From positions 197,829-261,828 of the forward strand of contig NW_027192197.1 of assembly GCF_041956535.1 (NCBI RefSeq): a stretch of DNA of 64,000 bases. The letters run 5' to 3'. Below are positions 23,512 to 35,798 of this stretch, in pieces; positions within the stretch are counted from its first letter, which is position 1, and each line of letters begins with the position of its first letter. Both the position numbers and the translations under genes were made by a program. This stretch comes from Calcarisporiella thermophila CBS 279.70. Its lineage: Eukaryota; Fungi; Calcarisporiellomycota. The notes beneath the pieces were generated by a model. The model made no database searches and was not told the DNA's origin. It saw only the letters and a list, made by a program, of their open reading frames with translations.

Positions 23512-25029
23512 ATGCCTTTACGAGTCGTGGTTGGGACCTTTAACCTCAACCACCAGCCCATCGACTCCGATCTCTCCACATGGCTGCTGGATGAATTCGA
23601 CCGCACCCCCGCCCCTCCTGACTTTGTTGCCATCGGCTTCCAAGAGCTTGCGCCTCTTGCCTTCTCCTACGACAACGACGATCGCATTCAGGCCCTTCTC
23701 ACCCAGACCGCCGCGCCGCTGAAAGCAAAATTCCCGGCCCATTACTTTGAGCTCATCGCGGCGGTCAACCACATGGGCCGCTTGCTGCTCGTGTACGCGC
23801 TTCAAAAAGATGGGAGGAGCGTTTCCGTGTTCATCGCCACAATGGGCTGTGGGTATGTCTATTTGGGGAACAAGGGCGCCATGGGGGTCAGCGTGCGTCT
23901 TGAGGATCGCGATGACGGCCCATGCACCCTATGCTTTGTCAACTGCCATTTGGCCGCGCACATGCACAATTTGCAGCGGCGTAACCAAGACTTTAGAAGC
24001 GTGTGCGAGCGGCTCGTCTTCACCGCGGATGAAGATATCCTGGAAAGGGAGGAATCACATACTACAAAAGTTGCTCAAGCCTATCCAATGCGAAGAAGAA
24101 GAGGGGCGAGAAGAAGAGGAGGAGGAGGAGGAGGAGGAGGAAGGAGAATGCCAGGGGTCGAAGAAGTGCCGCTTTTGGGCGACGAAGAAGAGGAGGAGGA
24201 AGAGGGAGAGGGAGAGGGAGAGGTAGGAGATGGCTCCGAAGGAGGTCAGAGCGGGGGCGTGAGGGAGGAAAGGGAGGGCGGTGATCGAAGCACCCTAGGT
24301 GAATATGGGGCCGGATTGAACGGACTTGGCGGGCGCGCGACCGGATCCAGGGGGAGCAGAGGGAAACGGGAATGGAACCTCTATGACCATGACTTCACCT
24401 TCCTCTTGGGCGACCTCAACTATCGCATCCAGCTCGACCATCCTCGCCACGGGCCCCTCACGCTCTCCGGCCTGCTGCAAGCCATTCCGGATCGCCTACA
24501 CAGCCTCCACGCGTACGATCAACTGACCGCGGAGCGTGCCGCCGGGCGCACCCTGCATGGGTTCCAGGAGGGCCCCCTCGATTTTCCCCCGACGTACAAG
24601 TATTTTCGCGAGTCGATCCTCTACAACCATCGCAGGCGCGTGCCCTCGTGGTGCGACCGGGTGCTGTGGCGGAGCCGCGCAGGAGCAAGGGTAGAGCTGG
24701 GGCACTATCGCTCCTACCCCGAGTACATGAATTCCGACCACCGCCCGGTGTCGGCGTCGTTCACCCTGGCCGTCATGCATTCGGCCGATTCAGGGCCCCG
24801 GTTTCTGGCGAATGCACGTGATGAATATCAGACGCCGTGCAGCCATGGGCCGTTCGGGATTGATCCCTGGTGGCGAGCCAAGCTGCGGTTGGGGTTGGTG
24901 CTTGATAGGGTGCTTTGCGAGCTCCTTACATTGGCTGTGTCGCCGAAGCCTCGATCGTTAATTGTTTTTGCGGCACTGGCAATTTTGATCGCCAGCGGCG
25001 GCTTTTTTGCCAAGTGGCTCCTGGGCTAG
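23512..25029 (+). CDS. Inositol polyphosphate 5-phosphatase with C-terminal membrane anchor (Inp54-like architecture)
   Basis: GTFNL, IGFQE, GNKGA, NCHLAAH, GDLNYRI, PPTYKY, PSWCDRVLW, SDHRPV; hydrophobic C-terminal tail; single exon. Confidence 0.9.
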   Translation: MPLRVVVGTFNLNHQPIDSDLSTWLLDEFDRTPAPPDFVAIGFQELAPLAFSYDNDDRIQALLTQTAAPLKAKFPAHYFELIAAVNHMGRLLLVYALQKDGRSVSVFIATMGCGYVYLGNKGAMGVSVRLEDRDDGPCTLCFVNCHLAAHMHNLQRRNQDFRSVCERLVFTADEDILEREESHTTKVAQAYPMRRRRGARRRGGGGGGGGRRMPGVEEVPLLGDEEEEEEEGEGEGEVGDGSEGGQSGGVREEREGGDRSTLGEYGAGLNGLGGRATGSRGSRGKREWNLYDHDFTFLLGDLNYRIQLDHPRHGPLTLSGLLQAIPDRLHSLHAYDQLTAERAAGRTLHGFQEGPLDFPPTYKYFRESILYNHRRRVPSWCDRVLWRSRAGARVELGHYRSYPEYMNSDHRPVSASFTLAVMHSADSGPRFLANARDEYQTPCSHGPFGIDPWWRAKLRLGLVLDRVLCELLTLAVSPKPRSLIVFAALAILIASGGFFAKWLLG

Positions 25030-26584
25030 ACGATTCGGGGGAGAGGCATGAGGTGAAGGAGCTGTCGAGTAACCGTCTGAGCTAATGGGCTGTATTACTT
25101 TAGCGGGGGCGAGGAAGGGCGGCGGAGAACGCCCTTGTTAACTCTTTTTCTGCATTCTGCTGTGTTGTTTGTTGCCTTGTACTCTCTCGTAATATGAGGA
25201 AATGACATGATTTCAGTTAATTGAACCTAGATCAAGTTTTGTGTGTGCGTGCCCTCCACTATGGTTTGTGCTTGCTCGTCGCCTTTCCAATCTTTGCCAA
25301 TCTTACCACTGCTCCTCGAGCACATAAGCGCTGCAATCATAAGACGGCGGCCTAAAAATAACCGGCCCAAAACATTCTAGCCAATTCGGCGGTGTGACCT
25401 CCCACTCGAAATATTCAAGCAGCCTGGTACAAACCCACTTTTTTTTTTTACAAGCATTCCCTCTCGCTTTTCACAAGGCACTGCCTGTCTCCTTTGAGGT
25501 CCCCAAAACTCTTGTGTCCTGATCGCACAGGCTTGTTCCCAAGAAACCCAAGGACCAACTGGGAGGAGCTCAGACCATGGCCTGAAAGAGAGCGTAGGGG
25601 CCGGGGAGGAATGAGGCGGCGCGGGGGGGGGGGGGTTGCTTCTGCTTCCCACCGTCCACACAATAAGATCGCCCAGCCATTCATTCGCCCTCAGCGTGAT
25701 ACACGTAAACCCTGAGTACAGCGGGGAGCCTGTTTACGGGCTGTCACGGAACCGGAGTAGCGAAAAGGAAAGTTTTGACTAAAATTCAGACGCACGTCAC
25801 CACCGTGATTGTGGAATCTGGCTGGTTCTGCTGGGGAGGCGAGGGGGGGGGGGAGGGGGAGGGGCGAGGAGGGGGGGGCCGGTGCTTGCGATCTCCATGC
25901 AGATGGGCTCCCCCATTAGGTTCGCCACGTTATCCGCGAACCAGTCTATGCTGCAGCAGCCAGAGCAGGAGCTGGGCACTTTGGCGGCAGAACGATTTGC
26001 TCTCGTTCCGCATTAGCTGCCGGGGCCAGGTTGTGACGACACCGGATCAAGCCTCTCTTGCAAAACGGATGCAATGCAATTGCATGTTTTTCTGAAATCC
26101 GTTTTGATTTGCGAAGCGGCTAACCCACATCCCTCAATATACTGGACAATGCTTTTTTTTCTGGAGGAGACAAAAACCTACTTCTGGCCGCTTCAATGAC
26201 TCTGTGTAAGGACTTGCGGCCCAACTCGTACAACCTTAACGTTAAAACACCGCTTCTTTTTCTTATTCCACCGTCTCTTTTTTGCCGTCGTCCGTGCTCT
26301 CTCATAGATTCACACCGCGGAGACCTTGGATGAATTGTCTTAGAATTTTTCGCTATAAAGTCCAGGCCTCGGTCCAACTTTTCAGAAGATCACCCTCGTT
26401 GCCATCAACTCTATTCCCTCCCCCATCGAAGCCTTTACCCACCCTCGTATATATTTAACCCTCTAAGCGTTTTGCCTCTTTTTCTTCTTTTCATTGCCTT
26501 CTCTTTCCTCTCTCGTCCCCACTCCCTCTTCTCCTGCTTTCTCTGAGAAGAACTCCCTTCCCCCCCCCCCCTCCCACTGCTACC

Positions 26585-27505
26585 ATGATGCAAGACACAC
26601 TGAGCTATTTGAACTCCCTTAGCTTCCACTCTCCCAGCGAACACGCCCTCCTGGCCAACTCGCCGGCCGGCGACGACTTGGTCTCTCCCCTGCTGCTCTC
26701 GGGCTATCCCGCCGCGCTTGCCTCTCCCCAGTTCGACACCACGCCGCCGCCCACCGACTTCTCCAGCCCGCAGCAGGCCAAACCTCTTCCTCTCTCGACG
26801 ACCGCGGCCCAACCTTACCCCACGGCCTACCAGCAGTCGCAGAACCTTGCTCCCGCACCCTCGCACTACCGCCATCTGACGTTCCCCCACCCCTACTCGC
26901 GCACCCCCTTCTTCACCCCCTCGCTGACCCACGCCTACACCCCCTATCCCCAGACCCATCCGCTCCCGGTCAGCCCCAAGTCTCGTAAGAGGATGCGCAC
27001 CACCCCCGAGCAACTTGCCATCCTCCAGCAGATCTTCGCCGCCAACCCAACCCCAAACAGCCATCTCCGGCTGCACATCGCCCGCCACCTGGACTTGCCG
27101 CTTCGCTCGGTCCAGATCTGGTTCCAAAACCGCCGCGCAAAGGCAAAGCTGCTTGAGCGCAAAGAGCGCCAGGGGGGCGGCGAGGAGGAGAGGGAGGAGC
27201 GGAGGAGGAGCTGTCCCAGCTCGAGGAACGAGAGCCCGGTCAGCGATGCCGCGCGGAAACCCGGATGGGAGAGCCATGCCCTCGACCAGGAGAACAAGCT
27301 CGAGACGCGACTCCGCCGCTCGGCCTCCATGCCTACCCCCCACGCCCCCACGCCTCAACAGACGGTGCCCAACCTCGACCACTGCACCTCCGACGTCCCG
27401 GATCCATGGCTGCCCTGGGACGACTCGACCCAATTCCTGCTTTCCCCGGCTGCGGATGCCCTTGTGAACGATGCGGATGGAATGTGGGGGATGTTCGATG
27501 CTTAG
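26585..27505 (+). CDS. Homeodomain transcription factor
   Basis: RKRMRTTPEQLAIL..VQIWFQNRRAKAK; TATA-like TATATTTAA near 26450. Confidence 0.92.
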   Translation: MMQDTLSYLNSLSFHSPSEHALLANSPAGDDLVSPLLLSGYPAALASPQFDTTPPPTDFSSPQQAKPLPLSTTAAQPYPTAYQQSQNLAPAPSHYRHLTFPHPYSRTPFFTPSLTHAYTPYPQTHPLPVSPKSRKRMRTTPEQLAILQQIFAANPTPNSHLRLHIARHLDLPLRSVQIWFQNRRAKAKLLERKERQGGGEEEREERRRSCPSSRNESPVSDAARKPGWESHALDQENKLETRLRRSASMPTPHAPTPQQTVPNLDHCTSDVPDPWLPWDDSTQFLLSPAADALVNDADGMWGMFDA

Positions 27506-28323
27506 GCGGGTTGAGCTCCAAAATAGAGGAGCCTATCTGAATCTCCGCTTCCTCCCAACCCCTTCCTCCCCCAACCAACCCCCAACCCCCCCGATCGGCT
27601 TAACCTCCCGTCGCCCTTTCCCCACTCCAACTATTTATTTATTTAATCTGATGTGTTTCTTGTCTCTTTTTTCTTTATAATCCAGTTTCAATTGTTTAAT
27701 ATCCTCAATTGCCTTCGTCCCCCGCCCTCTCTCCCCCTCCTTTGAAATATCTTTGTTATTAATGCTGCAGCCCTAATGATCTTTGTGTGTTATGTGGAAA
27801 AGTTTATACACCCCCTCTACATTGTGCTTTATTTTCTATGCCTATAACTTATTTCTCTTGGATATGATTGTTTGTGATATATAAATAGAAGACCGATTTT
27901 CAATCCTTATCCGGATCCTGGAACGGATTCCTGAAGACGTGGCCCCTGTTTCACATTACTAGTGAACAGCACGGTGGAATGAGGGAACAAATTGGGGGGC
28001 GAGCCACGTGAAATTCATGGTGATAAGCTGTGCCAAGTAACGCAAACCAATCTCCGCTGGGGGACCAGTGAGAAGGAGGGCAGCGTTTTGAGGCTGGATT
28101 GACATCAATTTTATTCCTCCAGGATGAAAACAAGAGACTATCGAACATGTCACAAAAATAAGTACATCGAAAGAGCTGAATAAAAGGAAAAAACTTTAAA
28201 AGGAATAAGGGCCGGCGATAAGAACGGCCCCAGCTATTGTGAGGAGGAGGGGGAAGGAGGGGAATATATTAAATAAAAAACGAGAAGATTTTCCGGGATG
28301 GCTCGGGTTATTTTCCGAGCCAT

Positions 28324-29749
28324 CTATGCACCCAAGTTGTTGTAGGCAAGCAGATTCACGGTGTCCTTGTCGAATCCAGTGATGGCATTCTTAAGCCCCG
28401 CCTTCTGCAGGTACTTGACCATCTCGGCGTGGTTGCGGTTCTTCTCGGACAGGAACTGGGCCAGCAGACCCGTGACGTGTGGGGCGGCCATCGAGGTGCC
28501 CGAGATGGACTTGGTCTTCCCGTCATTCCAGGTGGAGAGCACATCCACCCCGGGGGCAATGATGTCCACGCACTTGCCAAAGCTGCTGAAGTCTGCCTTC
28601 TTGTCGTTGACGTCCGAGGCCGCCGTGACAATCGCCTTCTCGGCACGAGGAGGGGACAGCAGGCACGAGTCGGCGTTCTTGTTTCCGGCAGACACCGCGA
28701 AGTGCACGCCGGCCTCGACCGCCTTGTTCACGGCATTGTCCAGCGCGTCGGAGTTTCCTCCGCTGAGAGACATGTTGGCCACGGCTCGCTTCTTGTTGTT
28801 GGTATCGGCCGAAGTGCCCTTAGCGTCCTTGACCACCCAGTCAATGGCAGCCACGATTTTACTGGTGGAGCCTGTGCCATTGCCATTGAGTACCTTCACG
28901 GCCACGAGCTGGACCTTCTTCGCCACACCATAGGTCTTGGATCCGATCGTCCCGGCAACGTGGGTGCCATGGCCGTGCAAGTCCTTGTCGCCGTCGTCCG
29001 CAAAGGTGGCGCCCCAGCGCGCACGGCCTTCGAACTCGGGATGGGTGGTCAGAATGCCCGTGTCTACCACAAGTAAGGTCCAACATCATGAGCAAAAGTA
29101 AGGAGGGTCAGCCCGAGGCAAACGGGTGCGTCTTACCGAGAACATAGGCGGTCACGCCCTTGCCACCGTCGGGGTTGTAGACATACTTGTCCTTGGTCTT
29201 GTCGTCGAGTTTCTTCCGATGTGAGACGCGAGCAAGTCCCCACGGGGAGCCCTTTTGGGTCCTGTTTTTCTTCTTCTTAGTTGTGTCGGCCTCGACCTGC
29301 TCCGGCTCAGCGGCCTCAGGCTCGGGGACCTCGTCGGCGTCAAGACTGACAACAGCATCACGTTCGACATAGGCAACCTATGAATGATGTAAAAATGCCA
29401 TGAGTATACCCTCTTGATACTGTCCCCTACGAAAAGAGGGAGGTGGCGGAGGACTCACCGTAGGATCGGCACGAATCTTCTTCAGAGTCTCGGCATCAAA
29501 TTGTCCTGCGAAACCCTTGAAGTCCTCGATCTCGAAGACGTGCTTCACGCCATCCCGAATGGCCTGGCTCTTCAGCTGAGAGGACTCTTCCGCGCCTGGC
29601 TTGTAGACGACAATGTAGGAGCCGTCGATCACTTTGGCCTGCCCTTCGGGTGCAACGAGGGGAGCGAGGTCCTCGTCGGCGGGACCGGCGATCGCGCTAG
29701 CTGCCAGAGTGGCTACCAAGAGGCAGTTGAGAACACGTTTGATGAACAT
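28324..29749 (-). CDS. Secreted subtilisin-like serine protease (S8, proteinase K type) with I9 propeptide, copy 1
   Basis: Signal peptide; I9 (YIVVYK..GFAG); triad DTG, HGTHVAG, GTSMA; two introns. Confidence 0.93.
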
Positions 29750-29890
29750 GCTAAATTATCACACACACAACGAAGGGGTGAGGTTGAGGGGAGAAAGGTA
29801 AGGATTGTAGAGAAGGTGAAGATTTCTAGAAAAGAAATGAGGAGTAGGAGAGTTTGGTTTTGATCTTTTGTTTTTCGCCAAAGAGGAACC

Positions 29891-29899
29891 TATTTATAT
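29891..29899 (-). promoter_or_regulatory. Putative TATA box of subtilisin copy 1 (equivalents near 33205 and 35913)
   Basis: TATAAATA lies 115-145 nt upstream of the ATG in all three paralogues. Confidence 0.55.
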
Positions 29900-31555
29900 G
29901 GTTGCTCACCCCCCCCCCTCCTCTTCCCATCTCCACGGACTCATTTCTAATCAATACGATTTTGAATTGAAGACGTCTTGGACGGCCGAATTTTCTAAAT
30001 TTTAGCTTTACACCATTACCAAGTTGTGTATGAGAAATAAAGTCTGTTTTTGAGGTCAAAAAGCCCTCTAAGCATCCCTCTACTCTGCTGCCCTGAGGAG
30101 ATTTTGCGGTCGCCTGCTCCACGCGGAGGGTGGCTTTTTTTCTTGATGAGGAATGGTCACTTTGAGTTTGTGCTTGCCCTCCTCCCCCCAATACGCCCCG
30201 CCAGGTTAGGCTATCGTAATCAGGGAAAACATGAACAATCCGTTTGTCCATTCCGCAAAGAATAAGCGTTCCTTTGCTCCCTCTGATTTCGTAAAGTGAG
30301 GGCCTAATCCACGGAGGAGTGGCTAGGTGCATCTAATTTTTTTCCTTTGGCTCACCCGAGATCCATGGAGGGTTGAACCTAAATGGCTGGGCCCAATTAC
30401 CTTGTGCAATATGAGGCGAGCCAATGGGTTACTCATCATGGGGAGAAAGTGCTGTGCAATCCAAATAAGATATGAAGGTAAGCAGGCATTAAGTGTCGTA
30501 TTTAAGGTTGATTGCGTTTGATGATCCACCTCTCCGCGCCCTTCCCTAATCGCCAAACAACCATAATGCATTAAAGAACCCAATTTTATAGAGTTTGTTC
30601 TCCCCTCTCCCCTCTGGCTCTGACGAATCCGTTCTATTTTCGAAAGGATTTGGAGCTTGAGCAAACCTCAAGACACGTGGACACTCCTCAGCTTGTATTC
30701 CTTTACGTCGGGCGCTGGACATCTCATGATTGCAAAGCCAGTCATCTCTCGACTTCTTGCAGTCCTCCAATGGCCACTCCCTAGAATCTAGGTTGCCTTC
30801 GGTCCCATTCTTCATCTTTACCGTATTCCTATTCAAGATACATTGGGTATTCCACGCCTAGGAATCTCACAAGGGACTGGGGCTGGAGACATGTATCGCC
30901 GAGAATGCTAGGAGGCCAAGAGATAGGTTTGCTCATCATCAACGGCAGGAATATAGTTCGATGTTAATCTTAATTCTATAGGCATAAATTCTTTAGGCAT
31001 AATTCAGCAAGCAAAGTAACCTTAATGGCCAACAAACTTCGCGTGCGGCTGGGGTAATGAAGGGGAAGCCGGAATAGCTTGACGAAAAATTTAACGCGTA
31101 GCATTTTGCTCACAGAGTCGAGTCGTATTGAAATGAACCTAAAAAAACCCTTCGACGACAGAGAATAACGTCGGTAAAATGAGCGAAGCAAATCTTCACG
31201 GTGTTGGATTAAACGCTCCCCACCAAAGAAATAGGGGAAAGGTAGCCTGGAGCTCATGCTATTTAATACCAGAATCATGGGCCAGAAGGAAACTTGATAC
31301 TCTAACAAATTATCACGAGTTTGATTCTCTTGGTAAGTTTTCATACTGTCTTGGAAGTTATTTAGAATTTTAAAACCACGTATATTTAAATAGACTCTGG
31401 TACTATTTCTGACAAGAGGGAAGATAGGAATATACAGGGTACGGAGGAATCCGCTGAATACAAGATAAAACTAAGGAGAGGACCGTAAAGGAGGGGAAGG
31501 GGGCAGATAGAAGGGGGATGTGGCGCATCAGTAGGAAAAAGAAAGAGAGGATAAA

Positions 31556-33090
31556 TTAGGCACCGAGATTGTTGTAGAGGAGGTAGTTGACGGTCTCCTT
31601 GTCAAAACCAGTAACGGCATCCTTTATCGACACCTTCTGGAGATACTTGAGCATGTCGGCGGGGGAGCGCACCTTCTCGGACAAGAACTGGGCGATGACC
31701 CCGGCAACATGGGGGGTGGCCATCGAGGTGCCCGAGAGTACCTTGGACTTACCGTCATTGGAGGTCGACAACACGCCAACTCCCGGTGCAATAATGTCCA
31801 CGCACTTGCCCCAGTCACTGAAGCTGGCCTTCTTGTCTTCTACATCAGATGCTGCGGTGCTGATCGCTTTGCTGGCGCGAGAGGGAGAGAGTTTGCAAGC
31901 GTCAATGTTGTAGTTACCGGCAGCAACCGCGAAATGGATTCTACATTTTGTTATTGGAAGATAGAATAGAAATAATGGTCGTATTAGCAAGGAGAATGAA
32001 TGGGAGCCAGCTGGCTGTAGGTTTTGATTTCTTACCCAGCATCGGCAGCCTTGTTGACGGCCTCATCAAGCACATCAGAGGCACCGCCTCCAAGGGACAT
32101 GTTGGCAACGGCCTTCTTGTTCTTGCCCTTCTTGGCGTCTTTCACCACCCAGTCGATTCCGGCAATGATATCGCTGACCGTGCCCGATCCACTGTTGTTG
32201 AGAACCTTCACGGCCACGAGTTTTACCTTCTTGGCCACTCCGTAGGTTTTGGATCCAATGGTTCCAGCCACGTGGGTACCGTGACCTTGTCCGTCCTCAT
32301 CCCCATCCTCGGTAAAGGTCTTACCCACACGGGCGCGGCCTTCGAAATCGGGGTGCTTAACGAAAATTCCGGTATCTAGAATCAGAAGGGTATCGCACAG
32401 GTTAGGGATGGCGTGAACAAAATGGACGACTAGAGAAAAGGGAAGAGGAGCTTTCATATTACCAATCACATAAGCGGTCACACCTTTTCCGGCATTGGGG
32501 TTGTAGACATATTTGTCGAGGGTCGAGTTGGTGAGCTTCTTGCGGTGGGAGATGCGGGCAAGTCCCCAAGGTGCGTTCTTTTGGGTTTTTTCTTTTTGTT
32601 GTTGTTATCGGCTTCCGCGTCATCACCTTCCTCGCCAACAGCCCCCCAAGGGGCTCCATCGTCCTCATCCACGTTGATGGTCAAGATGGAGTCGCGCTCC
32701 ACATAGGCCACCTAGATCCAAACCAAGGAGAAAATGGGTGAGCAACCTATCTCCCGGGATAGAGTTTGGAGCAAAATAGGGTGGGATTACCGCAGGATCG
32801 GCACGAATCTTCTTCAAAGTGTCAGCGTCGAATTTCCCAGAAAAGCCCTTGAAATCTTCAATGTCGTAGACATGCTTCAATCCAGCCTTGATTGCCTGAT
32901 CCGAGATCGCCCCATTCTGATCGGCGTTGGGCTTGTAGACGACGATATAAGAGCCGTCCACCACCTTGGCCTCACCCTGGGGGACATTGAGCGGGGCCAG
33001 ATTGTCCTCTTTGACGTCGACAGGGGCGGCCATGACGCTAGCAGCAATGGAAGCCGCCAAAAGGCAGTTAAGGATGCGCCTTATGAACAT
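31556..33090 (-). CDS. Secreted subtilisin-like serine protease, copy 2, with apparent 1-nt frameshift at 32586-32591 (assembly error or pseudogene)
   Basis: Signal peptide, I9 and triad intact; three introns; TQKNAPWGLARISHR lies out of frame with upstream AYVERD. Confidence 0.85.
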
Positions 33091-34407
33091 AGCGAATTTT
33101 TCAAACGGTTAAGGAGGGGTAGGGTGGGATTCGTTCTTTTTAATGAGGGAGAAAAGAAAGGAGGTTTTTTATTTTCAATGCCGAGATAAATTAAAAAACG
33201 CCTCTATTTATATTCTTGTTTTATCTCCTCCCATTTCCTTTTCTCCCAACTTAGCAAATCTCGCAATCAACCCATGGCTCCCTTTTTCACTTTTCTCTTC
33301 TCTAACTCTAAAAATAAGCTTGTTGAACCAACTTACGAGAGAATTTGAGCTGAAATATCCTCTGAAACCCAGTTTAAGCTCAGCAGTTCCAATGCCATTG
33401 CCAACCATCTCTCCTCCGGTTGTGCAGAGAGGCAATGTCTTTTGGTTTTTTGTACCCTCCCCTATCGGTCCATCCATTCAAACCTTTTGGAAATATCGTA
33501 ATCAAAAGGTAATATGGATCCATACTCGTTGAACAAGTATGACCTCTTTCTCTCTCCTCCTTGCAAAATCGCGTGTACGGAAGATAGGATATCCTCGGGC
33601 CACTGAGAATAATGGGCACTAGTACCTTGAATAATTTTAGAAATGATCCGAGGTCACGGAACCCAAAGTTCCTAACAAACTGACGTCAATAATAGGAGGA
33701 TTTTTGAGAATTTCCATCCACCGCTGGGCTGGGTTAGGATTTTCCCACTCTCTTGCATCTGCACGGAGGAAATGGCCTCGCCTCTTGGTCCCCTCCTGCT
33801 GGTTAGCACACTAGGGATGACGAGGTAGAAGATCCAATGCCCACTGCGCCTAAGCATTTTGATTACTTATTATCCGCCATTTTCATGTCCACTGTGACAG
33901 TACAAAAAAGTTAAAGTCTTATATAATGGATGAAGGCAAATTGAGATGGCTCTAATTGTGGTTTGCTTGGATAACTTAATCAGAACCATGGACGGCGGAA
34001 ATTATGCCGGAGTCTCGATGAAAAAAAAAAAGGGGGGGGGGGACAGAGAGAGCGAGTACACGTTGAAAAGTTTGGGGGTAAGAGGATCCAGGAGCATACG
34101 AACATGCTGCATTGGATTATGCAAGTGACGATAACCGTGGAATCCCTGAACTATTTTTAGGCATCGGAAACTAATGTTCATTCTCTCCCTAAGTTTAAAT
34201 TAAAGTATGTTTATTCTATCGCTCCATTAGTACAGTCGAAATCAATCCTAGAGCCAGGTCACAAGTCCACACGGCTATCAAGAAATAAGTACATGGTAAG
34301 GAAAGAAAAAAAAAAAAGAGGCTTCAAAAGAGCGTAATCAAAGTTTAGAAAAGAGAAAAAAATAAAAAGTATCAGCTTATGAAAGATTCGAATTGTTCCT
34401 CAAAAGT

Positions 34408-35798
34408 TTACGCGGCAAGAGCAGCAGCATTGCCAAGGGTATTATAGGCGAGCAGGTTGGCGGTGCCGTTTTCAAAGCCAGTGATCTTATCTTTGTTGGC
34501 AACGCTAGCGATATACTCTTTCATGGAGGCTGGGTCGCGGGGCTTAGAGGTAAGGAAGTGGGCAACAAGACCAGCGACGTGGGGAGAGGCCATGGAGGTA
34601 CCCGAGATGGACTTGGTCTGTCCGTCATTCCAGGTCGAAAGGATGTCCACGCCGGGGGCAATGATGGTTACACACTTGCCGAAGTTGCTGAAGGAGGCCT
34701 TCTTGTCCCCAATGTCAGAGGCCGCGACGGTGATGGCCTTTTCAGCTCGGGCGGGCGAGGAGTTGCAAGCATCCTGGTTCTCATTTCCAGCAGCCACTAC
34801 CATGTGCAAACCGGCGGTCACTGCGTTGTTCACGGCCTCATCCACGGCATCCGAAGCACCACCACCAAGGGACATGTTGGCAACCGACTTGTTCTTCCCG
34901 TTCTTCTTCTGATCATTGGCGGCCCAGTTGATTCCGGCAATGACATCACTGAACGAGCCAGAGCCTTGGCCATTCAGCACCTTCACCGCGACCAGATTGG
35001 CTTTCTTTGCAACACCGTAAGTCTTGGACCCGATGGTGCCGGCAACATGGGTTCCATGACCATTTCCATCCTTGTCACCATCATCAGCGAACGTAGCGCC
35101 CCACTTGGCACGGCCTTCGAAGTCAGGGTGATCCACAAGAATGCCAGTGTCGATGACATAGGCGGTGACTCCTTGGCCACCATTGGCATCGTAGAGGTAT
35201 TTGTCTTGGGTGTTCGAGTCGAGCTTCTCGCGGTGCGAGAGACGGGCAAGACCCCAGGGTGCTCCGGTTTGAGTTTCGACGTTAATTTTCATGATCCCGT
35301 CGCGTTCAACAAAAGCCACCTAAAAGCATACCAACAAGGTTGAGTGGATACTTCGAGTCGTATTTCAACCCAAAAATAAATCCACAATAAAATTCTTACC
35401 GAGGGATCTGAACGAATTTTACTGAGAGCATCATCGTCGAACTTGCCGGCGAAGCCGCTGAACTTGTTAAAGTTGTATACGTGCTTCACGCCCTTCTTGA
35501 TAGCTTGGTCGGTAATCTCGCCCTTCTTTTCGGTTCCGGGTTTGTAGACGACGATGTAGGCTCCATCGATTACGTTGACTCCCTTGGGGCTGTTAATGGG
35601 GGCCAATTTGCCATCGGGGGTCTCTGTGTTGTTCTTATTGTCGGCACCGTTCTGGTTCTTTTCAGGAATGGAGGCATCCTTCTGGTCCTTTTCGGGGACC
35701 GCGAGGGCGGTATTGTTCTTTTTTCCAGCAGGCCCGGCGACGGCTCCGGCAATCAAGGATGCCGCCAACGCGTAACTGACAATTCGCTTTATAAACAT
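34408..35798 (-). CDS. Secreted subtilisin-like serine protease, copy 3
   Basis: Signal peptide, I9, DTG/HGTHVAG/GTSMAS; one intron (about 35399..35320). Confidence 0.93.

Noticed and set aside
26435-27467. 332-aa antisense ORF and alternative-frame ORFs over the homeobox gene
   Set aside because: GC-driven shadows with low-complexity translations.
29900-31500. Long gap between subtilisins checked for a transposon
   Set aside because: No terminal repeats, target-site duplication or transposase/RT motifs visible; short ORFs are uninformative.
34393-35343. 316-aa + strand ORF opposite subtilisin copy 3 (similar ORFs over copies 1 and 2)
   Set aside because: Mirror of the biased codon usage of the real gene.
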